NCBI GenBank assembly: GCA_023205875.1
Contig: CP060756.1
Coordinates: 434,001 to 498,000 of the forward strand
Length of the DNA stretch: 64,000 bases
Origin: Chloropicon primus
Lineage: Eukaryota
Reading direction: 5' to 3'
Part shown: positions 25,443-36,883 of the stretch, in pieces
How positions within the stretch are numbered: position 1 is the stretch's first letter
Layout: every line of letters starts with the position of its first letter
Translations under genes and position numbers: made by a program
The notes under the pieces: generated by a model
Databases searched by the model: none
What the model saw: the letters and a program-made list of their open reading frames with translations, nothing else
What the model was told of the DNA's origin: nothing

Positions 25443-26893
25443 TTACCCTTCCAGCCTCTTCAAAGCCTTCTTGAGGTCGAGGCCCGTCAGGCTCTCCACG
25501 GCGTCGGGGAGCTGCGCAGCCGCCTTGATGATATCCTTCGACAGGTTCGACGCGCTGCTTCCGTCAGAGGACACGAAGATCATCTTCTCCGTCTTTCCGA
25601 GTGGCTGGGCGATCTCTCTCGCAAGGCTTGGGAGCATCTCGACCACGTTCTGCACGATCGCGTCGTGGCCGAACTCCTTGTAAATTTCAGCCCTCTGTTG
25701 CAAGACCTCGTTGGCGGCATCGCCCTTCATTTTGATGATATCGGCCTGAGCTTTGCCGATCAGTCTCTCCTTCTCACCGATGGCTTCGGCCTGAAGAGTC
25801 ATGGCCTCCGCTTCCCTTGCGGCGACGTTCACCTGCTGCTGCAGCTCGATGTCCTTCACCTTCAGCATGACCTCCTCCTCGCGAAGCTTCTGGGTCGCCT
25901 GGGCCTCCACGATCGCCTGCTTCTGCTTCGCGTACTCAATATCCTTGGCGGACGCAGCCGCTGCGTCTGCCATGTTGACCTCCAACTTGTTCTTAGCCTT
26001 CCTGAGGTCAAGCAGGCGGTCGGCCTCCGCCTGGGCCTCCTCCTGCTTCTGCCTCCGGATGTAAGCGCGCTCCGCGTTCTCGGCCGCCACGATGTCGGCA
26101 TCCGCATTTGCCTTCGCGAGCGTCTTCCTGGACTCCGCCTGGTTCCTCGCGGTACCCTCAGCGGCCTCCCTGGCCACAATCGCAGTCTGGGTCCTCCCGA
26201 GAGCTGCCATGTAGCCATTGTTATCGCTGATCTCAGCCACCGTGTAACTGGCGAGCTCGAAACCAAGTCGCTCCAGATCGTCCACGACGTGCTCGTACAC
26301 CCTCTCGGAGAACGCTGCCCTGTCCTTGTAGAGCTCCTCCACCGTCAGGGTTCCCACGATCTGCCTCTGGTGACCCTCCAAGGTCTTCTGCAAAGCATCC
26401 TCAATGTCTTGCTCCCTTGCGGACAAAAAGTTCGTGGCCGCGAGCTTGATGGAATTGATGTCAAGGTTCCCATCCTTTGTCGACTTCACCTTGACCTGGG
26501 CGAAGGACTTGAGGTTGATCTTCACGCCCTTCACCGTCTCTGCGTCGATCGAGTTCACCGTGATGGTGATGATCTCAAGCGAAAGACTGTGTGCCTCCTC
26601 GATGCAGTACAACGCAAACCCACACTTTCCGATCAGGATTCTCTGACCCCTGTAGCCCGACACGATCACCGCCTTGTTGGGCGGAGCTTGAAAAACGAAG
26701 CAGCCGCAGCACACGTTCGAGTCAGTCAAGGAGGAGTCCCACACTCACGAGCCAGGGTTACGGTTCTCCCAAACCAAACATCACCGGGTCGCCGTTCCGT
26801 TCCGTTCCGTCAAAAGAGGAAACCAATGAATAAGGAATAAATCATTGTGTCACGAGTCGAGTCGAGACACTTACCTACGACGATGTTCCCCAT
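25443..26893 (-). CDS. Flotillin-like SPFH protein, copy 1; exons 26893-26875 and 26686-25443
   Basis: Spliced MGNIVVAPPNKAVIVSG; TLEGHQRQIVGTLTVEELYKDRAAF; flotillin coiled coil. Confidence 0.93.
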
Positions 26894-27147
26894 CTCTTTC
26901 TCCCCTCCCTTCTCTCCTCTCCCTCTCCCTCTCCTCTTCTTCTCGTCGCTCGCCACGGACGACAACAACGGAGGGCTCTGCTCCTCTCGGTGTTTCGTCT
27001 CCACTCGACGCTGCGTCGAGAGAGCGGAGGAGGGTTTGGTAGTGTAACTGACGGGGAGGGAGGGTGGCGGTGGAGGCATTAGGGTCCGGGACCGTGTTTT
27101 GAGGTCGAGGGAGGGCGGAAGGCGTCACACGGGACCATATCGTCGGT

Positions 27148-27915
27148 ATGATGAGGAAGCATCGGAATGACGAGGGATTCCTTGCTTCCAGGAAAGGAGA
27201 AGACCTTGTCCTTGCTGTTTTGTTCATCGGCTTGGTCGTCGTGGGCGGCCACTCGTTGCTGCTCGCTTGGAAAGAGTCTTACCCTGACTCACGACGCGAG
27301 GTTTACCTTGAAGAGCATAATGTCCGCGCAGGGGCTCCCAAACCTAGTTTCGACAGCCCATTCGGAAAGGGGGGGGGCATGTCCCTAAAGGAGAAGGAGG
27401 TCCTCTATCGATTGTACTCAGCCTCGAACAGCGTCTTCGAGTGGGGGATCGGCTCATCCACAATCATCGCAGCCCAAGCGGGCGTCGAGCGGCTCACGGG
27501 CGTGGACAGTGCGATGCCGTGGGTCAAGAAGGTGCGGAAGCACGTGCCATCCAACTACAACATCCGGCACGCGTATATAGGGGAAGTGAAAGAATGGGGC
27601 AAACCTGTGAACGAGACGCACAAAGACTTGTGGCCAAATTATTCCGAGCAAGTGAATAGAGAGCAGGAACCGTTCGACGTGTACCTCGTCGATGGGCGGT
27701 TTCGTGTGGCGTGTGCGGCATTAGCCCTGCTTCACGGGCAAAAGGATTCCCGCGTGCTCGTTCACGACTTTCAGAGATCTTCGTACCAAGTGATTTTGGA
27801 GGTGGCGGACAAGATGGAGCAACAGGAAAAGCTGGTCGTGCTCCGTCGAAAGGCGACGACCAGCGACGCTGAGCTCCTCGTGTTTTGGGAGAAGTACGAA
27901 TTCGACTACACCTAA
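27148..27915 (+). CDS. Type II membrane SAM-dependent methyltransferase-like protein
   Basis: N-terminal transmembrane segment; VFEWGIGSST, GVDS, DVYLVDGRFRVACA, VHDF motifs. Confidence 0.7.
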   Translation: MMRKHRNDEGFLASRKGEDLVLAVLFIGLVVVGGHSLLLAWKESYPDSRREVYLEEHNVRAGAPKPSFDSPFGKGGGMSLKEKEVLYRLYSASNSVFEWGIGSSTIIAAQAGVERLTGVDSAMPWVKKVRKHVPSNYNIRHAYIGEVKEWGKPVNETHKDLWPNYSEQVNREQEPFDVYLVDGRFRVACAALALLHGQKDSRVLVHDFQRSSYQVILEVADKMEQQEKLVVLRRKATTSDAELLVFWEKYEFDYT

Positions 27916-28602
27916 AATTCTTGCACGACTGACTGCAACCGAGCCGAGCGGAGGCACCGCGCGCCTGCGACTTGCTGCAGCGGCGAACTTCGCCCCAGTT
28001 GCGTTGAGCACGACGGAAGCGCCCTGCGCGCAAATGCTGGTTTTCAACCGCATTCGGTGCTCCGCAGGCCCCACCAAGGTCGCTTCGTTGTTTCCAACAA
28101 ATGATTAATGAATAGTCGCCCCCCCCCAGAGGGCGCAAACAAGAACACTCTGATTCATCTCACTTGTTTCTAACCTTTTGGTTCATTCCAACTCAAGTCA
28201 ACTCAACTCAACTCAGAGTGTTGGACCACCCTGATCGTAGAAGAGCGTCCAGGGAACTCTCCGCACCTAATCCTCCATCACCTTGCCCCACCTCAAAAGA
28301 AAGTCTGGTGAAGGCACTTGCAGACTTCGTCGCCGTCCACCACCACCTTCAGAATGACCATCTTTCCCTCCCATCAAGCCGAGGACTCTTTCGATGGAGG
28401 AGGAAGAGAGGACGGCGCCACCTGCGACCAGCATCACATCCTGTGCTCCTCCTTGGCTCCACCGTCCTCCTCATCCATAACCATTGGCCATATTCTCACC
28501 CCCATCCTCAAGCTTGGCCCAAACCCCAATCCCTTCGAGAGAGCGAGAGAGGCCGCGCGACCCTGAAGGAGAGAGGGGAAGACTCATTGCGAGGGAAGGG
28601 CC

Positions 28603-29868
28603 ATGGGGAACATCGTAGTGGCGCCGCCGAACAGCGCGGTGATCGTCTCAGGATGCAGGGGAAACAAGATCGTACTCGGAAAGTGCGGGTTTGCGTTGTG
28701 GTTCGTGGAAACCGCCCGGAGTCTCTCGCTCGAAATCATGACGATCACGGTCAACTCCAATGAAGCCGAGACTGCTCAGGGCGTGAAGATTAACCTCAAG
28801 TCCTACGCCCAGGTCAAGGTGAGGTCGCTTAACGCGGACGGATCCATGAACATGGATGCCATCAAGCTCGCGGCCACGAACTTTTTGTCCGCGAGCCAAT
28901 ACGAGATTGAGGATGCTTTGCAGAAGACCTTGGAGGGTCACCAGAGGCAGATCGTGGGAACCCTGACGGTGGAGGAGCTCTACAAGGACAGGGCAGCGTT
29001 CTGCGAGAGGGTGTACGAGCACGTCGTGGACGATCTGGAGCGACTTGGTTTCGAGCTTCCGAGTTACACGGTGGCTGCGATTAGTGACATGAATGGTTAC
29101 ATGGATGCCTTGGGAAAGACTCAGACTGCGATCGTGGCCAGGGAGGCCGCGGAGGGTACCGCGAGGAATGATGCGGAAGCGAGGAAAGCAATTGCCAAGT
29201 GCAACGCAGATTCAGATATCGTGGCGGCTGAGAACGCGGAGCGCGCTTACATCCGGAGGCAGAAGCAGGAGGAGGCCCAGGCGGAGGCCGACCGCCTGCT
29301 TGACCTCAGGAAGGCCAAGAACAAGATGGAGATCAACAAGGCCGAGGCCGAGGCTGTGTCCGCCAGGGACATCGAGTACGCGAAGCAGAAGCAGGCGATC
29401 GTGGAGGCCCAAGCGACCCAGAAGCTTCGCGAGGAGGAGGTCATGCTGAAGGTGAAGGACATCGAGCTGCAGCAGCGGGTGAACGTCGCCGCAAGGGAAG
29501 CGGATGCTTTGAAGCTTAGGGCGGAAGGAGCCAGCAAAAAGGAAATGCTGATCGGCAAAGCTCAAGCCGATGTCATCAAGATGAAGGGTCAGGCTGAAAA
29601 CGACATTTTGAGGAAGCGGGCCGAGGTTTACAAGGAGTACGGCCACGACGCGATCGTGCAGAACGTGGTGGATGTGCTCCCAAGCCTTGCGAGAGAGATC
29701 GCCCAGCCACTCGGAAAGACGGAGAAGATGATCTTCGTGTCCTCTGACGGAAGCAGCGCGTCGAACCTGTCGAAGGATATCATCAAGGCGGCTGCGCAGC
29801 TCCCCGACGCCGTGGAGAGCCTGACGGGCCTCGACCTCAAGAAGGCTTTGAAGAGGATTGAGGGGTGA
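28603..29868 (+). CDS. Flotillin-like SPFH protein, copy 2 (intronless)
   Basis: Close paralog of copy 1 with the same motifs. Confidence 0.93.
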   Translation: MGNIVVAPPNSAVIVSGCRGNKIVLGKCGFALWFVETARSLSLEIMTITVNSNEAETAQGVKINLKSYAQVKVRSLNADGSMNMDAIKLAATNFLSASQYEIEDALQKTLEGHQRQIVGTLTVEELYKDRAAFCERVYEHVVDDLERLGFELPSYTVAAISDMNGYMDALGKTQTAIVAREAAEGTARNDAEARKAIAKCNADSDIVAAENAERAYIRRQKQEEAQAEADRLLDLRKAKNKMEINKAEAEAVSARDIEYAKQKQAIVEAQATQKLREEEVMLKVKDIELQQRVNVAAREADALKLRAEGASKKEMLIGKAQADVIKMKGQAENDILRKRAEVYKEYGHDAIVQNVVDVLPSLAREIAQPLGKTEKMIFVSSDGSSASNLSKDIIKAAAQLPDAVESLTGLDLKKALKRIEG

Positions 29869-29979
29869 ATCCCCTCAATAGTCAATATTAAAAATAAGTT
29901 TTGCCCAGGGTGCAGTTGTTGTGTACGTTTATTTACGCTGTGTTCAAGGAGCTCTTGAGTTGAACAGCAGACTCGTCTT

Positions 29980-31725
29980 TTACCTTACAAGGGGCACACG
30001 GGTGGAGTTCACTCCACGTCGTCCAGCAATTTTGTGCTGGACTCTTGGCCTGCTATTCAGCGCGCTTCCGCGCACTCTGGCACCGATTCGGTCGCGGCTT
30101 GGAGGTGGACCAGCGGTCCTGATGGGTTCGGAGACCTGATCGGCGAACTTCTTGAAGTTCTCCTTGAACATCTCCGCCAATCTCTGGGCACTGGTGTCGT
30201 ACTCATCAGCGTCAGCCCAAGTGGCCCTAGGCTGCAGGACATCGTCGGGCACTCCGGGCACCGAGGATGGGACCTCGAGCCCGAACACTGGGTCCGTGAC
30301 GTAGTCTGCGTCATCAAGCTCTCCGGCGAGGGCAGAATTGACCATGGCGCGGGTGTACTCAAGCTTCATGCGGGTGCCAACACCGTACGCCCCCCCGGTC
30401 CAGCCCGTGTTCACGAGCCAGACCTTTGCCCCGTGCTTGCGCAGCTTCTCGCCAAGCATCTCCGCGTACACTCCTGGGTGACGCGGGAGGAACGGCGCCC
30501 CGAAGCAGGACGAGAATGTGACCACTGGTTCCGTCACGCCCCTCTCGGTGCCAGCGACCTTGGCGGTGTACCCGGAAAGGTAGTGGTACATGGCCTGCTC
30601 GGGCGTGAGGCGCGAGATGGGTGGGAGGACACCAAAGGCATCCGCAGTGAGGAACACCACGGTATCCGGGTGCCCTCCGCGGCTGGGCAAGACCGCGTTT
30701 GGGATGTAGTGGATCGGGTACGACGCCCTCGTGTTGTCTGTAATCGTGCCGTCGTTGAAGTCGATCTCCCTCTTGTCGTCCAGAATTATGTTCTCCAAAA
30801 TCGTTCCAAACGTCTGTGTGGCCTGGTAGATCTCAGGCTCTCCCTCCGGGGAGAGAGAGATCGTCTTGGCGTAGCAGCCACCCTCAAAATTGAATACGCC
30901 GGAATCGCTCCAGCCGTGCTCGTCGTCGCCGATGAGACCCCTCGTCGAATCGGCCGAGAGGGTCGTCTTTCCTGTACCCGACAGACCGAAGAAGATGGCG
31001 ACGTCACCTTCCTTGCCCACGTTCGCCGAGCAGTGCATGGGCAGCACCCCCTCCGCAGGAAGCAGGTGGTTGAGGACCGAAAAGATGGACTTCTTGATCT
31101 CCCCAGCGTACCTTGTCCCCGTCACAAGCACTTCACGCCTCGTGAAGTTCAGCATGACCGCAGTCTCGGATCGGCAACCGTGCCTCTCCGGATCGGCCTT
31201 GAGGTGAGGCGCGTGGAGCACCGTGAACTCGGGAGCAAAGTCCTCGAGCTTGTCCTCGTCGAGACGGAGGAACATATTGTATGCGAACAGGCTATGCCAG
31301 GCGCTCTCGCTCACCACGCGGACGTTGATCCCATGGGTCGCGTCCTCCCCCGCGCGGGCGTCCTGTACGAAGAGATCCCTCTCGCCCAGGTACTCGATGA
31401 CGTCGGCACGCAATGCCTCGAAATGCTCCGCTGTCACGGGCACGTTGACAACCCCCCAGCTCACCTCATTCTCCGAGTTCTCGTCGCGCACCACGAACCT
31501 GTCCTTCGGGGAGCGTCCAGTGTGGGGAGCGGTGTACGTCGCAATGGCGCCCATGTGCACGAGCTTCCCGTCGCCTCGACTGAGGGACTCCTCGTACAGC
31601 TCTGGAGGGGATAAGTTCCAGTACACGTTTCCGACCGTTTCGAGACCGTGTCTCGACAGGTCCTTTCTCCCATTTCGTCCCTCGTCCTTTGTGGACGCGC
31701 TCGCACTCGGCTCTGTCATCGTCAT
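29980..31725 (-). CDS. pckA: Phosphoenolpyruvate carboxykinase (ATP), bacterial-type
   Basis: TGRSPKDRF, YAGEIKKS, MHCSAN, FFGLSGTGKTTLS, LIGDDEHGW, NFEGGCYAK. Confidence 0.96.
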   Translation of the reverse strand: MTMTEPSASASTKDEGRNGRKDLSRHGLETVGNVYWNLSPPELYEESLSRGDGKLVHMGAIATYTAPHTGRSPKDRFVVRDENSENEVSWGVVNVPVTAEHFEALRADVIEYLGERDLFVQDARAGEDATHGINVRVVSESAWHSLFAYNMFLRLDEDKLEDFAPEFTVLHAPHLKADPERHGCRSETAVMLNFTRREVLVTGTRYAGEIKKSIFSVLNHLLPAEGVLPMHCSANVGKEGDVAIFFGLSGTGKTTLSADSTRGLIGDDEHGWSDSGVFNFEGGCYAKTISLSPEGEPEIYQATQTFGTILENIILDDKREIDFNDGTITDNTRASYPIHYIPNAVLPSRGGHPDTVVFLTADAFGVLPPISRLTPEQAMYHYLSGYTAKVAGTERGVTEPVVTFSSCFGAPFLPRHPGVYAEMLGEKLRKHGAKVWLVNTGWTGGAYGVGTRMKLEYTRAMVNSALAGELDDADYVTDPVFGLEVPSSVPGVPDDVLQPRATWADADEYDTSAQRLAEMFKENFKKFADQVSEPIRTAGPPPSRDRIGARVRGSALNSRPRVQHKIAGRRGVNSTRVPLVR

Positions 31726-32654
31726 CGTCCTTCCGCAAAGGTCAAGGTCAAGGTCCTTTCCTCTTCAAGGTCAAGTTGTCGGGGTCGACCTCCTCGTCTT
31801 TGTCCTCGTCTATCGTTTGTACGAAGCACAGCACGCGGCTTCCTGCACACATTGCAAACGTGTCACCAATCGACCGGGAGATCCGTCTGGGCGCCGCAAC
31901 ACCACCAGTGAATCTATAACAAAACACGCTGAGGTGTCCAGATGATTCAGCATTTCTTGGAAGGAACAGGAAGGAACCAAGAACCGAGAAGGTTTCAGTG
32001 TCTGCTCCCCATGTCTCGGTGCAACGCAACGCAACGCAACGGAACGCAACGACGCCAATAGACACCAACAGATAGCATAGCGAGACAGCGAGACAGCGAG
32101 ACAGCGAGACAACAATATCTTTTTCCAGGGTGATGGATGGACGTGTGGTGGGTGGAGCCCCACGCAAAATGGAACGTAAGGACACCACGACGAGCCTCCC
32201 CCTCACGATGACGGACTTCCTCGGAGATGGAGATCACAAACACAAACTCGAGGCTTCGTTTCTCGTGAAAGAGGAAGAAAAAAGCAAGCAGAGGAAAGAG
32301 GAAAGAGGAAAGAGTTTCGCAATGAGGATATTTTCGATCGAGAGACCGAGCGGAGAAAGAGAAAGGAAGGAAGACTTTTTCTTTTTCTTTATCTTGTGGG
32401 GGAGATTTTTATACCCGCTTTTGCCTTTACTGAAAGAGAGCGAAAGGGAAAGGAGGTTCCTCCCTCTCGAAAACCGAGAATGCGAGGAGCGGAGCGGGGA
32501 GACAGGTACGAAAACACTCCAAGATTGCCCGTCCTCGCACTCCAAGATGCCATCTTGGCCCTCCTCCCGAAAAAGTAACGTCATAAGATCGATGGAAAAA
32601 AGGGAGAGAAGAGAGAGGGAGTCCCTTGTCCCTTGTCCCTTGCGTTGGCACAAG

Positions 32655-32903
32655 ATGGTTCCTCCTCCGAAGTCTGGGAAAGTGGCGGATGGATTCCTCT
32701 GTCCAATAACGGTACGTGTCCCCATTCGTGTCGCAACCCACAGACCGCTGCAACCGACAAGTCACAATCGTCGCACAAGTGTTTTTTTTGTTTCCTTCAC
32801 CACAATCTTCTTCTTCTTCTCCTTCTTCTTCTAGTCGCTTCTCTCGCTGACTCCTCCTCCTCCTCCTTCGATGCTGCTGCTGATGGCGCGCCTTACCTCT
32901 CTG

Positions 32904-32950
<47 letters not shown>

Positions 32951-34248
32951 CTCTCTCTCTCTTGGCGCTGCAGTGCATGGTCATGCGTGATCCGGTCATG
33001 TGCACAGGGGATGGCCACACGTACGAGAGGCACGCCATAGCGCACTGGCTGGAGATGAACAAGACCTCGCCGCTCACGGGGTCCTCGATGGAGAGGTGGG
33101 ACCTCGTTCCGAACCACGCGGTGAGGAAGGCGATCGCGGAGCTCCAGCTGGAGCTTCCCTCCGAGGAGGAGCTGCAGAGCTCGTTCGGGGTGCCGGGAGA
33201 CGACGGGGGTCAGGGCGCCTCCTCCTCCTCGGTGGTCCAGGGTGGCCCGGCGGAGAAGAGGGTGTACAACGAGGACGGGATCTATGTGTTCGCCTCGCTG
33301 AGGAGGTCGCTCTACAGCCTGGACGCCACGGTGCACGTTTGGAAGGCGAAGAAGCTCTGCATGCCGAGCAAGGTCGCGACGAGCGCGGTGGAGTCCACCT
33401 GGGAGAGCTCCATGAAAGCTCAGGTCACGTGCATGAAGGCCCTGGACCGGGGGCGAGTGGTGGTGTCGGGGTCCAGGGACAAGATGCTGCGGGTGTGGAA
33501 CGTGCCGAAGGGCGGGGTCGACTCGGCGCACCTGAAGCAAGAGGCGGCCCTCCAGGGTCACACGGACTGGGTGAACTGCCTGGACGTCGACGGCAGGGAA
33601 GAGGTGGTCGTGACGGGGGGAAGGGACACGAAGGTCATTGTCTGGGACACGCTCAAGTGGTACGCCAAGCACACGATGAAGACTCAAGACTACGTGAACT
33701 GCGTGGCCTTCGACAGGGTGAGGGACAAGTTTTTCGTGTCGGGAGGAAACGACTGGAAGGTCCTTCTGTGGGACTCTCAGACCTTCAGGCAGTCTCTCGA
33801 GTTCAGCGGGCACACTTACGCCCTCAAGTGCTGCGCCGTGGACCCCGTCTCTGCGTCCTGGGTCGTGACCTCGGGGGACGACAGCAAACTCTGTGTGTGG
33901 TCCCCCGAGTCCAACAAGTGCTTGGTGGAAATCGAGGGAGCCGGGGGAGACTACAACGAGTCGATCAACTGCTGCAGCATTTCGTCGGATGGCCACGTCG
34001 TGGCCTGCGGGCTGGCGAACAAAAGGATAGCTCTCTGGGACACGAGGACCTGGAAGCTGCTTCAGAAGCTTGACGGGCACAAGTCCGGAGTGGAGGACCT
34101 TTGCTTCGTGCCGGGTTTTAGCAACAAGAAGCTGATAAGTGTGGATGGCCGCTCCTTGAGGTCGTGGTCGTGCAAGTCCAGCGACTGGAGCTGCGACCAC
34201 ACCGTGACAGCTCACGCTATCGCGTGCTGCGAGATGGCATCATACTAA
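32655..34248 (+). CDS. U-box + WD40-repeat protein; intron 32712-32973
   Basis: Spliced FLCPIT/CMVMRDPVMCTGDGHTYERHAIAHWL...TSPLT...PNHAVR; multiple GH...WD repeats. Confidence 0.88.
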
Positions 34249-34354
34249 ATGGGGGGCTTTATTATTATTAGTTTGAACGAACTGGATTATATTTTACACG
34301 CACGCACGCACGCACACCCACACACCCACACACGGCTTTGGCTTTGCTGTCGAT

Positions 34355-36136
34355 CTATTCCAAGGGGTGATCGGAGGACTTGTTCCTGATGCCCGCCAAA
34401 AGGGACTCTTCTTCCGGTCCAAGGCTGTTCGGCGCAAACTCTATGGATTCGCAGGCGGCAAGGAAGGACACAATGGGCATCGAATGCTTGTCCGACTGCT
34501 TGTCCGGGGACGACTTCCTGCCTCGCTCAGTGGTGATCTTGTCGTGGCCACTCGCCGTGACCAATCGCAGCACGGTTGACGCAAAGAAGGCCGAGTAGGG
34601 CGGGCCCACCATGCTCAAGACAGTCCGCACGAGGTGCCGAATGAGTGACCTGTCTACTCTCTGTGTGACCAAGTTTTTGGAAAACGAAGAGAACAGCGCG
34701 ACGTCCCCATGGACCAGAACGACCGTCGCCGCATCAAGCATCTGCCTGGACAAGGTGTGGAGCGAGTTCCCTATGTGGGGCAGCGTATCAGAGATCATAT
34801 TGAGCACGTCGCTTCTTTGCAGAGGCTGTCTTTCCAAAATCTCGTGAAGCAACTGTATCAGTGACGGAAATATGGAGTTGCCCGACTCCAAAAACTCGGA
34901 ATCCACCAACTTCATTTTCAGCCACTGATAGATTCCTATCGAGGCAACGGGCACGTCCAAAAAGTCAAGGTTGATCTCCGCGAGCTTTACCCCCGAGGAG
35001 ACGCTTTGGGTGCAAGCAACGGCCTCGGAGATCGCACTGGAGATGGACTCCACATCGGTATCACTGTTGTGCGCAACGACTTCCTTGATGATGTCCACAA
35101 TGTGGATCCTGTGCTGGTCCGTGATCTTCCGTATTGGCGCAAAGAGATCGCTCAGCATCTTTTCCATCAGCTGCGAATTCCGCAAAAGCTCAAGCGAAGG
35201 GCGGCCGTCCTCTTGCTTGTACATTCTCAACAGCTTTTGAACTTCACCGAGCACCGTCGAAGAGGACCTCAGTATCGAGCCGATGCAAAACGCGGCTTCC
35301 AAATTTTTCGAGTTGTAGCCAGACTTGCTGAGGAACAAGCTGTTCATCTTCCAGGCCGTGAGCCCAGCGTTCTTTCCAGCGTAAACTTCCAGCTGCTCCG
35401 CCAGCCGCTTGAAGTAACCGCCGTAAGGCATGTCAAAAGCCTTGGAGAGGATGAGCTTTGAGTACGCGTACTTCGTTTCGTCGGAGCAGCACATCTGGAA
35501 CAACTGATTCCGTATGAAATCCTTCTCGTCGTCCGGGGACGCGTAAAGCTCTTCCACTTTCTTGATGAACAAGCGGTTGAAAACGTTGAAGTTTCCAGAG
35601 ATACTTCCGCCGACAGCGGCCACCTCCTTGTCGAAGCCCTGCAAGAGGATGTGGTGCACCGCAAAGTTCAAGAAGAGGCAGTTCCTGTGCTGGTCCGTCA
35701 GCTCATAAATGAGCTCCCTTCCCTCGGGAAACTCGATGAGGCCCTGGAGCCACTCCGGAAAACCGCCTCCGGAAGAGAACACGTCTGAGAAGGCAGCAGG
35801 GTCGAAGTTCTCTCGAACAAACTGCGAAAGAAACTTCCACAGGCAGTCCTTCTCTTCCCTCTTCATCTCGTTGCTCCCCTTGAGCAGGTCGAAGGTGTTG
35901 ATCCACTCGAGAATAACGTTGATCATCGCGCCGTAGCCCACGTAGCTCTCGCTCAGCATCTCCACCACCGTCTGAGGCTTCCCTCCGACGGCGACGTACT
36001 GCTTGATCGTGTCCAGGACCTCAGGCTCCGTTATCGCGTCCTTCTGCTGGAACACGTTCTCCAACTGGCCCATCCTGTCGCCGTGCTCTACTTCCATGCC
36101 CCCGCCCTCCTCTTCCCCCTTCGTCGTGGTTGCCAT
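34355..36136 (-). CDS. NELFCD: TH1 / negative elongation factor C/D-like protein
   Basis: DAITEPEVLDTIKQYVAVGGKPQTVVEMLSESY, FDP, PEWL, RELIYEL...NCLFLNFAV, DRSLIRH...GPPYSAFF match TH1 motifs as I recall them. Confidence 0.85.
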   Translation of the reverse strand: MATTTKGEEEGGGMEVEHGDRMGQLENVFQQKDAITEPEVLDTIKQYVAVGGKPQTVVEMLSESYVGYGAMINVILEWINTFDLLKGSNEMKREEKDCLWKFLSQFVRENFDPAAFSDVFSSGGGFPEWLQGLIEFPEGRELIYELTDQHRNCLFLNFAVHHILLQGFDKEVAAVGGSISGNFNVFNRLFIKKVEELYASPDDEKDFIRNQLFQMCCSDETKYAYSKLILSKAFDMPYGGYFKRLAEQLEVYAGKNAGLTAWKMNSLFLSKSGYNSKNLEAAFCIGSILRSSSTVLGEVQKLLRMYKQEDGRPSLELLRNSQLMEKMLSDLFAPIRKITDQHRIHIVDIIKEVVAHNSDTDVESISSAISEAVACTQSVSSGVKLAEINLDFLDVPVASIGIYQWLKMKLVDSEFLESGNSIFPSLIQLLHEILERQPLQRSDVLNMISDTLPHIGNSLHTLSRQMLDAATVVLVHGDVALFSSFSKNLVTQRVDRSLIRHLVRTVLSMVGPPYSAFFASTVLRLVTASGHDKITTERGRKSSPDKQSDKHSMPIVSFLAACESIEFAPNSLGPEEESLLAGIRNKSSDHPLE

Positions 36137-36316
36137 CAGATCTAGATAGGGTGGGCCAAATCAAAGCTCGTCCGCTTCCTTCAAGACAGGAAACCTCTTG
36201 GCGCACCTCCTCCTCCCGCACCGCGCACGGGGACCAAACAAGTCACTCACTTTGAGCTCGCGCAAGCGATGCAAAACATGCACATCCTCCCGTCCTGTCT
36301 TCCTCTGTCTCTCCCT

Positions 36317-36320
<4 letters not shown>

Positions 36321-36400
<80 letters not shown>
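36321..36400. repeat. (CT)n microsatellite in the divergent promoter region
   Basis: About 40 CT units. Confidence 0.95.
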
Positions 36401-36403
<3 letters not shown>

Positions 36404-36883
36404 GATCAAAACAATCTCAATCTCAATCGTTTCCGTTTCCAAAGCGATCTCGTCTTCAGCAGCGCCAGTCGAGTGCCGAGAGATCCCACTCTAAAGCTCT
36501 CGAGACGTCGGCTCGTTCCTTCAACCTCCTCTTTATCTCTCGCCCTTCCGGCAGCGTCCTCTCCTCCTCCACCTCCTCCTCCTCTCCAGTGCGAATCCTT
36601 TGTCTTCCTCTGTTCCTCTCCGGGCGACTCCTTTTGTGAAAACCTTGCAACCGAGGTATCGACAGAAAGCTCTCGAGACGTAGGTTCGTTTGCGCCAGGG
36701 TCCCGCCCTCTTGCTCGCCTCTTCCTCGCGCACCAACGCCCTTCAAGCGGCACCCTCGATCGCGATCGTGTCTCAAGCGCCAGACCAGAGAGAAGCGCCA
36801 GACCAGAGAGAGAGCGAGCGCCAAAAGCGAAAAGGGCGAGGAGGTGACGAGGACGTTGAGGGTTAGGTGAGAGGAGGGAAAGG

